A stretch of DNA of 64,000 bases from Octopus bimaculoides (GCF_001194135.2 NC_068984.1:59049002-59113001), one strand, 5' to 3'; positions 24,075 to 38,422 are shown, numbered from the stretch's first letter. Notes: generated by a model not told the origin, from the letters alone. Program-made: numbers and translations.

Positions 24075-24290
24075 CTCTTACTTGTTTCAGTCATTTGAAT
24101 GTGGCCATGTTGGAGCACTGCCTTGAAGAGTTTTAGTTGAACAAATCAACCCCAAGACGTTTTTTTTTTTCCTAAGCTTAGTACTTATTCGATCGGTCTC
24201 TTTTGCCAAACCACTAAAATTACAGGGACGTAAACACCCCAACACCAGTTGTCAAGTGGTGATGGGGCGCAAAAGCACACACACATAGAT
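24075..24290 (-). mobile_element. SINE family B, 3' half
   Basis: CTTACTTGTTTCAGTCATTTGAATGTGGCCATG..GGGACGTAAACAC. Confidence 0.8.
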
Positions 24291-24324
24291 ATACGACACA
24301 AAGACATACACACATAGATATATA

Positions 24325-24900
24325 CTCTCTTTTACTTGTTTCAGTCATTTGACTGCGGCCATGCTGGAGCACCGCCTTTTAGTCGAGCAAATTGACCCCG
24401 GGACTTATTCTTTGTAAGCCTAGTACTTATTCTATCAGTCTCTTTTGCCGAACCGCTAAGTGATGGGGACATAAACACACCAGTATTGGTTGTCAAGCAA
24501 TGCTAGGGGGACAAACACAGACANNNNNNNNNNNNNNNNNNNNNNNNNNNNNNNNNNNNNNNNNNNNNNNNNNNNNNNNNNNNNNNNNNNNNNNNNNNNN
24601 NNNNNNNNNNNNNNNNNNNNNNNNNNNNNNNNNNNNNNNNNNNNNNNNNNNNNNNNNNNNNNNNNNNNNNNNNNNNNNNNNNNNNNNNNNNNNNNNNNNN
24701 NNNNNNNNNNNNNNNNTATACACACACATATATACGACGGGCTTCTTTCAGTTTCCGTCTACCAACTCCACTCACAAGGCTTTGGTCGGCCCGAGGCTAT
24801 AGTAGAAGACACTTGCCCAAGATGCCACGCAGTGGGACTGAACCCGGAACCATGTGGTTGGTAAGCAACCTACTTACCACATACCCACTCCTGCACCTAT
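24325..24900 (-). mobile_element. SINE family B, full length, assembly gap at the internal hinge
   Basis: Both halves match 49103-49505. N-run 24524-24716 sits between them. Confidence 0.9.
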
Positions 24901-25514
24901 ATGTTTGTTTTTCTTTCTTCCCCATTTTTTCCTTCAATTTTTCAAGATAAAAAATGTTTGCAGTGAAATTAATTTATCACTCACTATCTTCTATTAAATT
25001 GTTGTATTAACAATTCTACAAATTATTTTTATCATATATTTTTATTTGTGTTGCCTTTCAAAATGAATCTATCAGTATATTTGAATAACATAGAAGTTAG
25101 TCTTAACTGTGTTGTTTTTTGTTGTTGATGTTGTTGTTAAGCTTCGTATCAGCTTCAACCAAGCAGACTTATGCTCAAAGGCTTTCCAGCTGTGACCATT
25201 GCTGTCTTTTATTCAAAATATGAACTACATTAACCAATCTGCACTTCTCTTTTAAAAACAATAAGTATGATTTGAAGGATATTTAGCTTCTATTTGTAGC
25301 ATGTAGAGACTCCCTTGTTGGTTTGTTGCCATAAATTCTCTATTAAGTCAGTGGGATATGGTGTATTTGTTCATTCTTTCCATTATAGAAAAGATGTAAC
25401 ATAAATTATTTTCTTGTCTTCATGCATGCTCAACATTAGAATATACAAATCAATTCACTTTCATATCTACAGACAATATTTAATTTGTTTTTGTATTTTG
25501 TTTTTTGGGGATTT

Positions 25515-25546
<32 letters not shown>

Positions 25547-25921
25547 NNNNNNNNNNNNNNNNNNNNNNNNNNNNNNNNNNNNNNNNNNNNNNNNNNNNNN
25601 NNNNNNNNNNNNNNNNNNNNNNNNNNNNNNNNNNNNNNNNNNNNNNNNNNNNNNNNNNNNNNNNNNNNNNNNNNNNNNNNNNNNNNNNNNNNNNNNNNNN
25701 NNNNNNNNNNNNNNNNNNNNNNNNNNNNNNNNNNNNNNNNNNNNNNNNNNNNNNNNNNNNNNNNNNNNNNNNNNNNNNNNNNNNNNNNNNNNNNNNNNNN
25801 NNNNNNNNNNNNNNNNNNNNNNNNNNNNNNNNNNNNNNNNNNNNNNNNNNNNNNNNNNNNTTAGAGCAGCATAGTATTCTTGATACTAACCCTTGGATCC
25901 TAAAATTGAAAGTACATTTTA

Positions 25922-25954
<33 letters not shown>

Positions 25955-27498
25955 TTAACTTGAGTCTTCTAGAATAATATGGTTCCCTTATTGTCTGTGG
26001 GAGGATTTAAGCTTCTGGTCCAGACTATTATCAGCATGCCTTGACCATTTTACTCCTAGGCATTTGTTCCATGACAAATTTCTGTTACGTTCTATATCGG
26101 TCTAAAATTGACTTTGAAATGGGAAGTATAGCTATATTCTGCACTCAAAATCTAGTTTTGTAAGAGGATTGAAGTAATTAATGTCTATCGTTAGGTCTAT
26201 CATTAGCACATACACATGTGCTTCATAAACCAGTAGTTTAATATTAATAAAATAAGTCATTAGCTTCATAATTACTTGAATACTAAAGTACTAACCATAA
26301 TAGATCACATAAAGACTCAGAACACCAACATATGTATAGTAATATGTATAATAGATGTTTTGATTAATAATGTATTAATGCTTTAAGCAGTGTTTTGTTT
26401 TGGTGCCACAATGTTTGATAGAATATCTACAAAATATGGTGAAACAATTAAACCAGTATCAATCTGATGTTGGGCTTTAATCAGCAATTCAGTTTCTCCA
26501 TATAACTACCCACAGATATGTTGTATATATAGCTATTGTTATTAGGAGCTTGTGTAAATCAGATAAACCAAGTTAGATTTATCATTTAGTAGCAGTAGAG
26601 CAACAAATAGTTTATCTTCCATTTGAGCTTCTAGTTATTTTACAATGCATTTAGAGAGTGATTTTCAATTTATCATTATTGTTTTATGTACCAAGTATTT
26701 AGTATTACATACCTAATGACTGATAACAGCTATTTGTCATTATTACTTACTATTTACAAAGGCTATAACAACATACCATAAAACATCTAGTCTGGGACAC
26801 TACTATCAGTAACTAATATAACAGCCATCTGAAAATTAGAAATATGACAGAATGCAATAAAGACTGATATATCATATAAACATGTAATAAACTACAGACA
26901 CACTACAGTGCACTGCAAAACACATTATTCAGCTTGTCTCTTGGAGGATAACACTGATTGATGTTGAGCCAGTATTCTATCTATTCATTTAAGGATTCAA
27001 CTTTGATAGAGATAACTAATCAAGTTATTGATCTGAGCTAAGATTAGTTATGTAAAGGACATATGATAGACAAAAACATCTGTGCTGCTTAATTTCATTG
27101 GATTCCAAAATGAAGTGAAATTAAAGTAATATCTAAGCCAACAAATAGTATGGAGAAAACATAATTCAGTAGAAAATATTGAAAATGTGAATTTGAGAGG
27201 ATTACTAAAATGTAGAAATAAAATAATGACTCAGATATATTATTTTTATTAGTTAATTTATTTTGTATTACTTTCTTGAAAAATAGCCAAATAGCCATGT
27301 AGTTGTGAATGCCAAAATCAGTATATGGCTACTAACTATTTTGTTTGCTAAGTTCCATACACTTATGTTTAAAACAAAACATGATATTTTTGCCTTTACT
27401 CTATTGACTCTTGAGAATAGAGACCACCACTTGTTTGCCTAAATTCTTGTAATTCATCTTCTCTTATGATATTTAACTTTAGGGTGATAAAAATCTTA

Positions 27499-27538
<40 letters not shown>

Positions 27539-27823
27539 AATTTATGTGGTGATCTTATTAAAAAATAACATGAGAAAAAATCATTTTCAAACAAAAAATA
27601 CGTTTTATCACCTAATTGTTTTCACAAATTTACACAATATGTAAACTTTACTCATTATCATTTCCCATAACACTAGTTTTTACACTCTTACTTAATACTG
27701 CATTAATTTAATATTATCTTTATTACATTTAAATTTACCTATTATCACAAAAATAGACAGTAACTCTCATAATCCATTTTATAGGAAATTTGTAATGGCA
27801 TCTCTTGGAGAGCATATTTAAAG

Positions 27824-28010
27824 CAGTGGTTGTCAACCAGGGTCCATATGACCCTTAGGGGTTCATATAAAATTTTGTTGTTAAAATTTATCTGCAATAA
27901 ATCGGTCATACTTCTACAATACACAAAATATTTTAACAACTTCTTAATACAATTCCTAATAACGTTATAAACATATAATATAATTTTTTAAACATCAGAT
28001 GGTTGGAACG
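27824..28010 (+). mobile_element. Possible hAT/Charlie-type end (one TIR only)
   Basis: CAGTGGTTGTCAACCAGGG resembles CAGTGGTTCTCAACC-type TIRs. No convincing right TIR. Confidence 0.35.
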
Positions 28011-29009
28011 GTACATCCAAGTAAAATAATAATCAAAGGAACATTGATCTAAACTATGTTAACTTGCCAAGGCCATTCCATCTCTGCCTAAACCCACAAG
28101 AGGAAACTGAACTAAGCAAGGCAGATAATGAAACACAGGCACGATGTCATAACGGTGGGGTGGGGAACAGGTTGTTTGTATCAACCCAGTTCTTGACTGG
28201 TACTTATTTATTGACCTCTGGAAGTATAAAAGGCAGTTCAAAACGTAAAAGGCCATAAATAAATAATTCAAAGTATTTTGTTTGATGTTCTAACAGTTCT
28301 GACAATTTACTGTCTGCAGTTATTGCTACTGTTTTTGACATAAAACTGTTCCTACTCTGTAAGTGCTGGTGACATGCAATGAGCTTTTGACTTGCATCAA
28401 CTCATCCATCTAAACATTTCCTTTTATTTATTTTTTTTTCTGCTTATAGATTATATCTTAGTATTTAAGTTGGTGTTAACATACACAATGCAGTGAGCAG
28501 TAAAAAAAAACTACTTAGAAATGTTTATGTGGTAAAGAAAAGTCAACATTGGTTCAGCGAATAAATATTATTTCAATCATTTTAGCAAGTATGGGAGACA
28601 ACTCTGGATACGTTTGGGTGTAATTAGACTGCCTCAACCAAATATAGACTTCACTGTATTTAATGAAGTAGTGATGAGAGAGAATCATTGAATAGACGTA
28701 TGTTATTATACACCAGTAGTAATAAAAAATGAGCATATTTAAAAGTAACTGATATTAACAACTTCTGTAATTTATTTTTATCTTAGTACGATAAGGATGG
28801 TGATTAAGTTAAATAGCATCAATCAGAATACATGTATACCTCATCTTAAATCATTTCGAGTTATGTCTTTTTCAACTTTACTCTGACCACAGCAAACATT
28901 TAAAAGCATTTTTTTAAAGCACCTAACAATCACCACTGAGTTGGGAAAAATCAAATAAAAATACGTTTTAATAAACCATTTATTAAAACAGATAAAAATA
29001 ATAATAATA

Positions 29010-29540
29010 ATATCCAAGAATTCGTAATTCCTGAAGGAAAAACCCCTCTCCAAACTCCTTCTGCCACTGTCTGTCTCTGGCCAATCATGGTCATGTAGGC
29101 TCCAGGTAGCAGGTGAGATCATCTCATCACCTTGTCTTTGGTCAACCTCTTGATTTTGTCCATTCTCTTGGTGTCCATTTCGTCACCCTGATTGTCCATC
29201 TGTTGTCCTTCAGTCATATGATGTAGCCAGCCCATCTATATTTACTCTCTTTGATGGTTCTCATGATGTTGTTGACTTTCATGTACTGTCAAATCCGAAC
29301 ATTGGTTTTCTTGTCCCACAATGTAATGCCAAGCATGATTTGTTCCATTTTCGGTTGGGCTACAATGAGGACATTCATGATGGTAGTGTTGAGAGTCCAT
29401 GTTTCATTGCTATAAATCATCACTGGCAGGATGTACTTGCTGAAGATCTTTCTTTTAATTTTCATGGAAGCCTTGGGACTTCTCATGAGGTTTTCCACCT
29501 TACATCCTCCACATTCAATAATCAAGTTTTGCCCCTTAAC
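29010..29540 (-). mobile_element. Second RTE-clade family, 3' end
   Basis: KRKIFSKYILPVMIYSNETWTL..MEQIMLGITLWDKKTN..RWAGYI..DNRWTIRVTKWTPRE..DRQW. (ATT)n-like tail. Confidence 0.85.
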
Positions 29541-29749
29541 AGTGTTGTACTTCATATACAAGCATCATACATGTTGACTTTTACCTGAGAAAAAACATAT
29601 CTTTGATGAGCATGAAACGTTTCCAACCTATTTATGTCACCAAAGTAAATAAGCTATCAATTATTTCCAGTGAGTCCTCTGAGCATTTGAAGAAATTTAT
29701 TTCATGAGTGCTCTTGCTGCTAACTACTTTTGTCCAAATATTACACATG

Positions 29750-30345
29750 AAGTTTCTCTTCTATCAGCTTCTTTGCTACTGCATCTCTTCTGCACCCTAA
29801 GTTTAAATTGGATAGACCATATAGCATTCCTACATGCTTCGTTTCTGCATATAGTATGGCAACATTTCAGATGGTAACAAAATTTTGTCTTCTCTCCTGT
29901 TAACTAGAACTTTTGTCTTTGTTAGTTTTAATGTAAGACCTCTTGGATTTAGGTTTTGCTTCCATATTTGAAATTTCTCTAAATCTTTTACAAATGCACT
30001 ATGAAAACTAGGTCATCAGCATGCAGAAGTTCTCATAGACAGGCACTCTTAAACTCCTCTATTATAATCTTAGAACTATAATAAGCAGGAGGGTACTGAG
30101 AATTAAGTCCTTTTGCCACCTACTTGCAGGTTAAATTCACTACTGAACTTGTTAAATTACATCTTGTTAACATTTCTGTGCATGATATGCACAGCACTCT
30201 AGTTATTCATCTACATATAGTTTTGTTAGTGACTACCAGACCATAGAGTGTGGTACCTTGTCAAAAGCCTTCTCCAGAATCAAAAAATGCTAGATATAGG
30301 AGCTTGTTCTTTGCTATAATTGTCTCACTAGGAAAAAGACATGGA
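29750..30345 (-). mobile_element. Decayed RTE RT fragment
   Basis: KNKLLYLAF..LEKAFDKVPHSMVW..EEFKSACL*ELLHADDLVF. Confidence 0.75.
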
Positions 30346-30419
30346 CTATAATTTATTCCAGGATGAAAAAAAAATAATGACGAGGGATAAAGATCTTTCC
30401 CAAGTCATATAGATTTTTG

Positions 30420-30555
30420 CCAGCTGAGTGAACTGGAGCAACATGAAATGAAGTGTTTTGCACAAGAACACAACACATTTCCTGACCCAGGAATTGAACC
30501 ACAGTTTTATAATCATGAGTCCAACACCGTAACCATTAAGCCATGCAACTTCACT
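30420..30555 (-). mobile_element. SINE family C
   Basis: GGAGCAACATGAAATGAAGTGTTTTGC..GGAATTGAACC..TAACCATTAAGCCA. Confidence 0.75.
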
Positions 30556-31449
30556 TATTTTTTTCTGCAAATTAATAATTATTCATGCCTAATAGACATT
30601 TTATGTATTGTTTACATATGCAGTTGAGGTTTCATATATTTTATTGCATGATAAGAAAGGAATGAGAATTTATGAGATTCATGGTTTTTTTTTTTTGGTT
30701 TTTTTTCTCACCAGTACTGAAAAATGTATATTTTCACAATTCTATGAAGTTTGTCAACAAGAATTCATATAATTTCCATACTTATTTGATTAAGGCAATT
30801 ATTGTTCTGAATTGTCCCACTTTCATGTCAAGTTCAGTGTTTGTTTCTTTTCTTTTCTTTTTCTTTTCTTTTCCATTAAAGTTAATTGATGTATTTTCTT
30901 GTTGCAAAAGTGGTAGATAAAATGTAATTAGAAAAATAATAATACATCATGGAAATCAAAATTTGTTTTCTATGCTTTGTTATGTGGAAACTGACAAATG
31001 ATTTTGTACACTACTGAACATTATTAGCCTTCTTCTCTTGAGATTCTGTTCTTCATACAATATGGTTGTTAACCTCACATAATTGTAACAGAGTGCATTT
31101 ATTGTCAGTCACTATAACAGTACAATAATAGTGCAATTATATGTAATCTAACTAAACAAATTTTCTGACATTCTTGAAATAGAATTAATATACAGAATAC
31201 ACAGAGGATTAGATAACTTCTGTTTCTGTGTTTTTGTAGTTTTTATATCACTTTCAGTTACAGATGTTTCCTCTTTGTTCTCTATTGAATGTTCTGAATG
31301 CTAATATCAATTATACTGTCCAGAAACTCATAAAATATATTTAATCATCAACTCTCATTTTACTGTGAATTCCAAACCTCTCTATGGTATTATGTCTGCT
31401 GTAAAACTAAAAAGGTTTAATGATAAAGTAGTTTAGCTGCTGTACTCAG

Positions 31450-32100
31450 AACATCCCAAGAAAGCCTGTCAAAGTATTATACTACCCCCTTGACCAAAGT
31501 ACTGTACTCTCCGGGTCTTAGTTTCCTTCATAATACTACATTTCCATTACATTTCCTCTTCAGAAAACTGTTACAAGCTGATTAATTTACACAGCTGCCA
31601 TTATCTGACCCAGAATATATTAGTAGTTCAGTGGGTGTTTACAGCTAGTAAAATAAACTTCTCTAAAAGTGACTCTGCTGTCCTAGACTGTTGCAGCAGT
31701 TGTTTTTATGATACCTGTATAAAACAGCTCATGATGGTGCTTGATTTTACTGACTTTGTTTCCTTAAGCATGTTTATTTTCCTTGTCAATTGACTCTCCT
31801 TCTCTTCTTTTCTCTGCCTACTTTGACTATCTCTATCCTTTTGCATCAATGTTTGTTCTTCTATTGCCATCAGCTGTCTGCATCAATGTTAGTTTATGTC
31901 ACACCTTCTCACATCAATTTTGAGCAGCATATCAGCAAAGAGGCCTGTTTATAGGAATCCCACAATAGGTTCTCCATATAGAATGGTAAATACGTCCAAG
32001 ATGTATGCTGAAAGACCCTACTAATTCATGTAACTCTAGAATATGCCATTGACAGAGAAGGTGGAAGCTTTCAAGTGCACTTTAGTCATGATCTTTCATA
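31450..32100 (+). mobile_element. Possible very old RTE C-terminal remnant
   Basis: Patchy motifs GIPQ*VLHIE and EYAIDRE only. Confidence 0.25.
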
Positions 32101-32694
32101 TGTCTGTCAGCCTTCAACATCATAGAAGAATGCTAAGGATGCAGGTTTGGTACTCTTTCAATTTGTCAGCTGTTTATTAATCTACACACCTATATTCTGC
32201 TAGGAGGTTGCTCCAGTGAAACTAACAATGTGCCCTTCTTAGCATCAGATGATAGATTGTTGATAGTTAAACCAGCTGCTGTGGAAAAAGAAACAATATT
32301 TGTAAAATAAACTATATTTTGTATACTATTATGCAGTCTGTATAATAGCAGAAACACTTAACTTTTCACAAGATATTTTTCATTTCTTCTGTTATATAAA
32401 TATTACTTTTGATTTGACTGATCCTTCAGTCATGTTTCCTGTCTTAAAAGAATGACAAGATCAGTTTCTTTACAGTTATTTTTATGTGAGTGTTTGAATG
32501 CATTGCTCTGCTGCTATGAATGTTGATCAATACCTAAGTTGCTAACAACATTAGTCTTGGAGATATCGGAATTGGAGAATGACCAACTAAATTTTCTGAT
32601 GATTTTTATCTTCTTTCTTCATAATGTTTTTCACCCAATCATGTTTGTGTAAGCATATTGTTTTATTTATTTGACTGGTAATTTGCTTTTCTTC

Positions 32695-32895
32695 TTGTTG
32701 TTTAGCCCAAGGCCCATCCTGATTGAACAACAGGCTTATGATCAAAAGCATTCCAGCAATGACTGTTTTATGTATGTGCATATCTAGAATGCAATTGTCA
32801 AACGTGTTCTTCCTTTTTTTAAGATAGGGAGTGATATGGTACTCTCCTGCTAATCTGACAGATTGCATGACCATGTAGAGGGTCTTGTGTCTCAA
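32695..32895 (-). mobile_element. Interspersed SINE-like repeat, family E ((AAC)n tail)
   Basis: TTGTTGTTTAGCCC..GATCAAAAGCATTCCAGC motif, also at about 25130-25320, 37410-37760, 42895-43080, 55110-55300, 63400-63620. Confidence 0.7.
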
Positions 32896-33199
32896 GACAG
32901 ATAACTTGTTGTTTTGTGATGGCAGTAGTGGCGATGGTGGTGGCAGTGATGGCTGCAGCAGCAATGATGCTGGTGATGGTAGCAGTAGTAGTGACAATGA
33001 CTACGGTGGTGGTGGTGGCATTTAAAATGATGCATCATTTTATGGTTAATTTATTACTATCAGTTGTAAAGCAATTAAGTGAAGTTAAACTGCAATCTGA
33101 ATGGATTGCTTTAGATTGACAGTGGAAGTGCTGTTTGCATTCTCCACAGAAAAAAATATTTAACAAATATATAGCTGCAGCACATTTTGACACCAACCA

Positions 33200-33480
33200 A
33201 CTGAATCATTGGAAATTGTCAAGGCTAGAAGGACACCAAGATTTGATGCCAGGCTCCATTCTAGAGAGTCTGCTACATTACTATGTCAGTTCAGGTAGCA
33301 ACAGCAAGACCATTGATTGCATCAGTAACAATGGAAAACAAGGTCAGCAGCACAACCCTCACCAGATTTCAGAAAATCCTCTTAATATCAGCAGTGCTCA
33401 ATGTTAGTGCAAGACTGAGGGTTGAGCAAACTGACGCCAACAGTGGCAGCAACATGAATTTACATGGAACAAATTATGAC
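33200..33480 (+). mobile_element. Possible old RTE C-terminal remnant
   Basis: GHQDLMPGSILESLLHYYVSSG resembles GHVIRMPDSRLPKQLLYGELSSG, followed by RQQWQQH. Confidence 0.35.
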
Positions 33481-33784
33481 TAAAAAAAACAAAAAAACAT
33501 AAGAACCATCAACTGCACAGAGACTCCTTCATTGAAAATTTGGATGAGATTTCAAAAGAAAATATTTTTTAGTTGTTGCTGCTATTACTGTTGTTACAGG
33601 CCTTCATTATTGTATATCAATATGAGTATAGGCCTACGGTTTTTCTTGTGAACATGACTTGAAGTATCAATACCCATATGATCTTTATACATGCATACAG
33701 ATATATATATATATATAAAACAAGAGGTCCATAATTCTTCATCAGTTATCAACCAGATGATATTACTTAGTTTCACACTATTAA

Positions 33785-33875
<91 letters not shown>
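33785..33875. repeat. (TA)n microsatellite
   Basis: Direct reading. One of dozens of (TA)n, (CA)n and (CAT)n tracts in the window. Confidence 0.95.
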
Positions 33876-35584
33876 TTCACTTAGGCTAATAACCTGGTGT
33901 AGTACTCAATATATGTATGTTTAAGAACAAAGTGTTAGATGAATACAGAGCGGTAATAAGAAAAGGTGATGTCACAGGAAAAACAATGGTTATGTTATAC
34001 ACTTCATAACATGAAGTTCATTACATAATCATTGTTTTTCCTGTGTTACCTCTTATATATATATATATATATATATAAATGCATGTATGCATGCTAATAT
34101 TATTTAATTGCTGCCTCAAAAGTGTTCTCGTCAACAAGTCAAGAAGTTATTAGTTTATAACATGTCACTGGAACTCTCTGTAGCCCAGACACTTACCTCA
34201 CATACCTCTATCCACTTAGTTGTAAATAAATAAATACTACAGTGTAAAGACAACTCATTGCTCCGAACAGTGGTTATACTATAAATGTAACTAGTAGATT
34301 GTTTGCTTGCAGTACAGTTCTATGTTTATAGCTTGGAGACAGATAAGTTCATCAAAACGGAGTTATCTTAAGTACTCTACATGAAGATGAAGTCACCAGT
34401 ACTGCATATACTACTCTGTGGGTTATTAAGTACACCACTTTTATTAATGTAGTCAGTGTGATAGTATCTTAAATCAACATGACTGAATGTATTATTGTTT
34501 CTTATTTAGATGCATGGCTAGCAATTTTGGGGAGGGGTAATGAATCAGTTGCATTGAACTTGGCACTAGACTGGTACTTTAACTTATTGACTTCAGAGGA
34601 ATGATATTTTCATAGAATGACATCTCTATAATATCAAAACTTTTCTATAACATACTCTGAACTCTTTCATTTTGGACAATCTGCACTTTTTAAAAATCTT
34701 TGGGTAGCTATTTAATAATAAGTTTAAAGTGTTCAAGACATTTAAAAACACTGCCTTCTAGAATCCAAGCTTTGATATTTCCTCCTCCCCCTCCTCTGTT
34801 TTTTCCTCTGCCTCCTCTGTTTTTTCCTCTGCCTCCTCCTCTTCCTCCCTCTCTTGTGCCTCTCCTACTTCTGTCTCTGCTGAGGGAGCTTTGGAAAATA
34901 GGGACAAATTAATGGCATCCAATAAAAGAATTAGTTTAATTTTTTTTTTGTAGTGGAGGTGCAGGGGCTAAGTCAGAGGGAGAAGACCAGTACCAGACCT
35001 CTAAGGCTAATGAGGAGAAAGAGAGGAGGAAGAAGCCATGATATACATGTTACTGTAGCAAGAAGCAGCATCATAATATATTAGTATTTGAACAAATACC
35101 AACAGCAACACAGAATGTTCATTATCTTTACTTAAAATTTTATTTTATAATTTGGTTTGCAGTTATTTATAGCTGAGCCAAACTAATTTCTTCTTTGAAT
35201 TGTGCTAATTGTGGTATAATTATCATATTATTTCTATTGCATTTTATTCTGAATGTCTTTCCTCACTTATAAGTATGGATATTGTTACAGATGACCATAT
35301 CAATTGGATACTGGCTTTGCAGCCAAAGTTTTCTTTGTGTTTCATATCTTGTTACTGGAGAAATTCTGTGTACAAGTGACCCACATATATCTGGTTTTAA
35401 ATAGACCCTAAAGAGATTTACAGTTCAGCAGAGATACTGTGTAATTTATATATGTTTCATTAAATTGTAGTGTTGAGCTCATATATAAAAAATATATAAT
35501 GAAATAACTATAGTACTCATAATTTGAAAATCTTTTAATTTCTTTTGTGAACACATGTATAAGTATGAATTTCAAAATGTTGTA

Positions 35585-35620
<36 letters not shown>

Positions 35621-36439
35621 GTCATCAGATTCATCACCATCATCATCAGTGCTGCTGTCATCAACTTATGTCTGTTTTCCATGCTAACATGAGATGGAAA
35701 GGGTTCGTATTATCTCATCACTGACTGGATGCAGTTATTGTCCCAATACTAGGCAGGTTGTCTACAGCAGGACTAGAAGTCTTCTCTATCCTGTATCAAT
35801 TTTTATTCAGAGTTGCTTTTCTCTTAGATAGGTTACTGTCACACTGTGTATATTTTATTTTGACACCAGTGCAAGTGATTTCTGTTTCTAGCAGGTCTAA
35901 AAAGTATACTTTACTTTTGATCAGTTCTTATTCAATCTTATTGATTTCCTAGATGAGTTACTTGCATTGCAGTTTGCAGAGTTCACTTGCTTTGTTTGAT
36001 TCCTTTGCAATATATTGCAAGTGTAATCCTAGTTCTAGATGACATATTCATGAAAAACAAATGACATCATATCTTCTACTGATAATTGCAAAGCTCTAAC
36101 AACATATAATCAAATATATCATGGTAATCATTTCTTTGGCTAACGTTTGTGTTAGTAACCATAAATTATCAAAGGTTTAATTTAAGGAATAGGTGCAGAT
36201 ATGGTCATATTGTTAAGAAGTTCAACTTACAATCACATATTTCTAAGAACACTCTTCTTGTGCAGTATCTTGTGAAAGTGTCTTGCCTCTAGTGAAATTA
36301 GATTGACAGGAATTGCATTTAAGCTTGTCTGACGAACTGTGCCTGTTCTTGTGTGACAAACTTAATACTTGTCCTGATCTCACTCCACTACCATCACTTT
36401 TACCCCATCATCACCACCACTTAATCTTTAGGTTTCTTT

Positions 36440-37130
36440 AGCAGAGTCCATTCTGCTACAAACATTCAGACCATATTGCCAGTCTGATGACAACTCAATT
36501 TCTTACAGTAGCAACCCAATAGTTATTTCATCTTCTTTTTTCCTCCAGCAGAATCAAATACCCTATGAACTACATGGATGCTGATGCTACTCTTCCACTT
36601 CTAACCCATAAAAAAAAACATATGGGAACATTTGTTACCTGTAGAGAGTAAAGTACAGTATCAGTATAGCTGATGGTGAATCTTTGGTTGTACAATAGAC
36701 AAGTGTTGGAACTTTCTACTCTCTCTCACACACTCAAACCCCCAGTCTGTGCTATGATGCATGAATTACAACAGATGAAACATAATCTCTGTGTCAGAGA
36801 CAACTTCCATAAAATACATAAATGACTAAGTTTCTTTCATGATATCTAAAGTGCCCTAAATTATGATATATAGTTAAGTGCAGGCTACCATGTTTAAGGT
36901 GTTGAGTTGAAAATAGTCAATAGAAATTAAAGCATAATGAAGACAAAAATGAGTGGAGTTAATGAAAATTATTCTCAAAAGGAGCAGCAGAGATCAGTGG
37001 GGTGAGAATGACTGATCTTTTACATCTCTACTAACAACTCCAGGCATGTTTTCTGCTTATAGGACCTCCTCAGCAAAGTACAGTCCACTCACAGTGGCTA
37101 AGACCTCAAGATGACCAATGTCATTATAAA
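36440..37130 (+). mobile_element. Probable decayed Ty1/copia gag-protease-preintegrase remnant
   Basis: Ordered motifs FCYK..DHIA (CCHC-like), YMDADAT (WxxDSGAT-like), ISIADGESLVV, NIISVS, GYHV, GVRMTDLYI, spread across frameshifts. Confidence 0.45.
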
Positions 37131-37464
37131 ATATAGTTAGAATTCCCTTACTATGTTTCTTTGTGTGTTTTTGATACTGTGGTAATTTGTTGTAAGAGAA
37201 GAGCTTTGTCAGTAGGTTGAAGGAAATAGATAAGGTTACAATTTCATTTTAAGTGAAAAGACAACTGAAATAACATATACAGTATGGAACCAAACTAATG
37301 GCTTTGTGTTACATAGTGGTGTGTTCTGTCTTTAACTGATTCCAAAATCACTTTTTTTTTTGTTGTATATGGGCAGGTAAAATATTAATCGCTGTTGTTG
37401 ATCCTTAGTCAAACCTGATTGAATAGACCTATGGTCAGTACCACTGTAACCATGATTGTCACAG

Positions 37465-37672
37465 CTTCTCTCTCTCTCCCCCTCCCTCCCTATCTCTTTC
37501 TCTCTCTCTCCCTCCCTATCACTTTCTCCCTCTCTCTCCCTCCCTCCCTATCTCTTTCTCTCTCTTCCTCTCTCCCTCCCTCCCTATCTCTTTCTCTCTC
37601 TCCCTCTCTCCCTCCCTCCCTTTCTCTCCCTCCCTCCCTATCTCTTTCTCTCTCTCCTCTCTTTCTCCCTCA
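37465..37672. repeat. Polypyrimidine (CT)/(CCCT) degenerate minisatellite interrupting a family E repeat
   Basis: Direct reading. Confidence 0.9.
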
Positions 37673-37859
37673 TGTCTAGACAGTGTATTCTAATCTACAG
37701 TGACCAATATGTCTTTCATTTAAGTTAGTAAGGTGTAACTGGGGGAGATCTGTGTGCTATTTCTAGTTAATGGCTCCCTTATTAACTTGAAAGTACTAGC
37801 TGGTATTATTGTATTGTGGAAAAATATCTCTCTTGGATTATTACTTGTTCCAATCCATA

Positions 37860-37995
37860 CCTCACTTCATGTACTCACAACATTTTATCAACTAGGAGGT
37901 GGAAGCTTCAGTAGAGGGGTTCTTCACTTCAAAAGATAAGAACTGGTACCAGTGTGTAATCAAAGAACTGAGAGAAAGGTGGCTTTGACAGTGCA
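37860..37995 (-). mobile_element. Degenerate SINE family A fragment
   Basis: ACTGGTACCAGTG..TCAAAGAACTGAGAGAAAGGTGGC motif. Confidence 0.5.
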
Positions 37996-38422
37996 ACACA
38001 TCAGCCTCTACTTTGAATGTCAGGTTGCTTTTGTTGTAACTTGTTGAACAAAACAAATAAGTTACCAACATATTGCAAAACTTTTGACTCAACACAATAT
38101 ATTGGTGCATGTAAAGAAGAACCAGTAATATATTTCATTAACCTAGTTTGTAGTTTTGTAAACCACTATTTTCTTTCAAGCAAGATATAATGAACTTTGA
38201 TTTTTTTTGTTTTTGTTTTATGTGTGCATGTGTGTGTGTGTGAGAGAGAGAGCAGCAACATTGTGGTTACAGGTTTCCAAAAACCAATCGCTATTTCACT
38301 TCATTTGTCACAATGGGAATGACTAGGGAGTGTCATTGGTTTTATCATTTCTCCATTATATTTATATCATTTATGAATTTGTTTTGCAAGATCCCTGATG
38401 TGAAATCATATGTTGAAACAGA

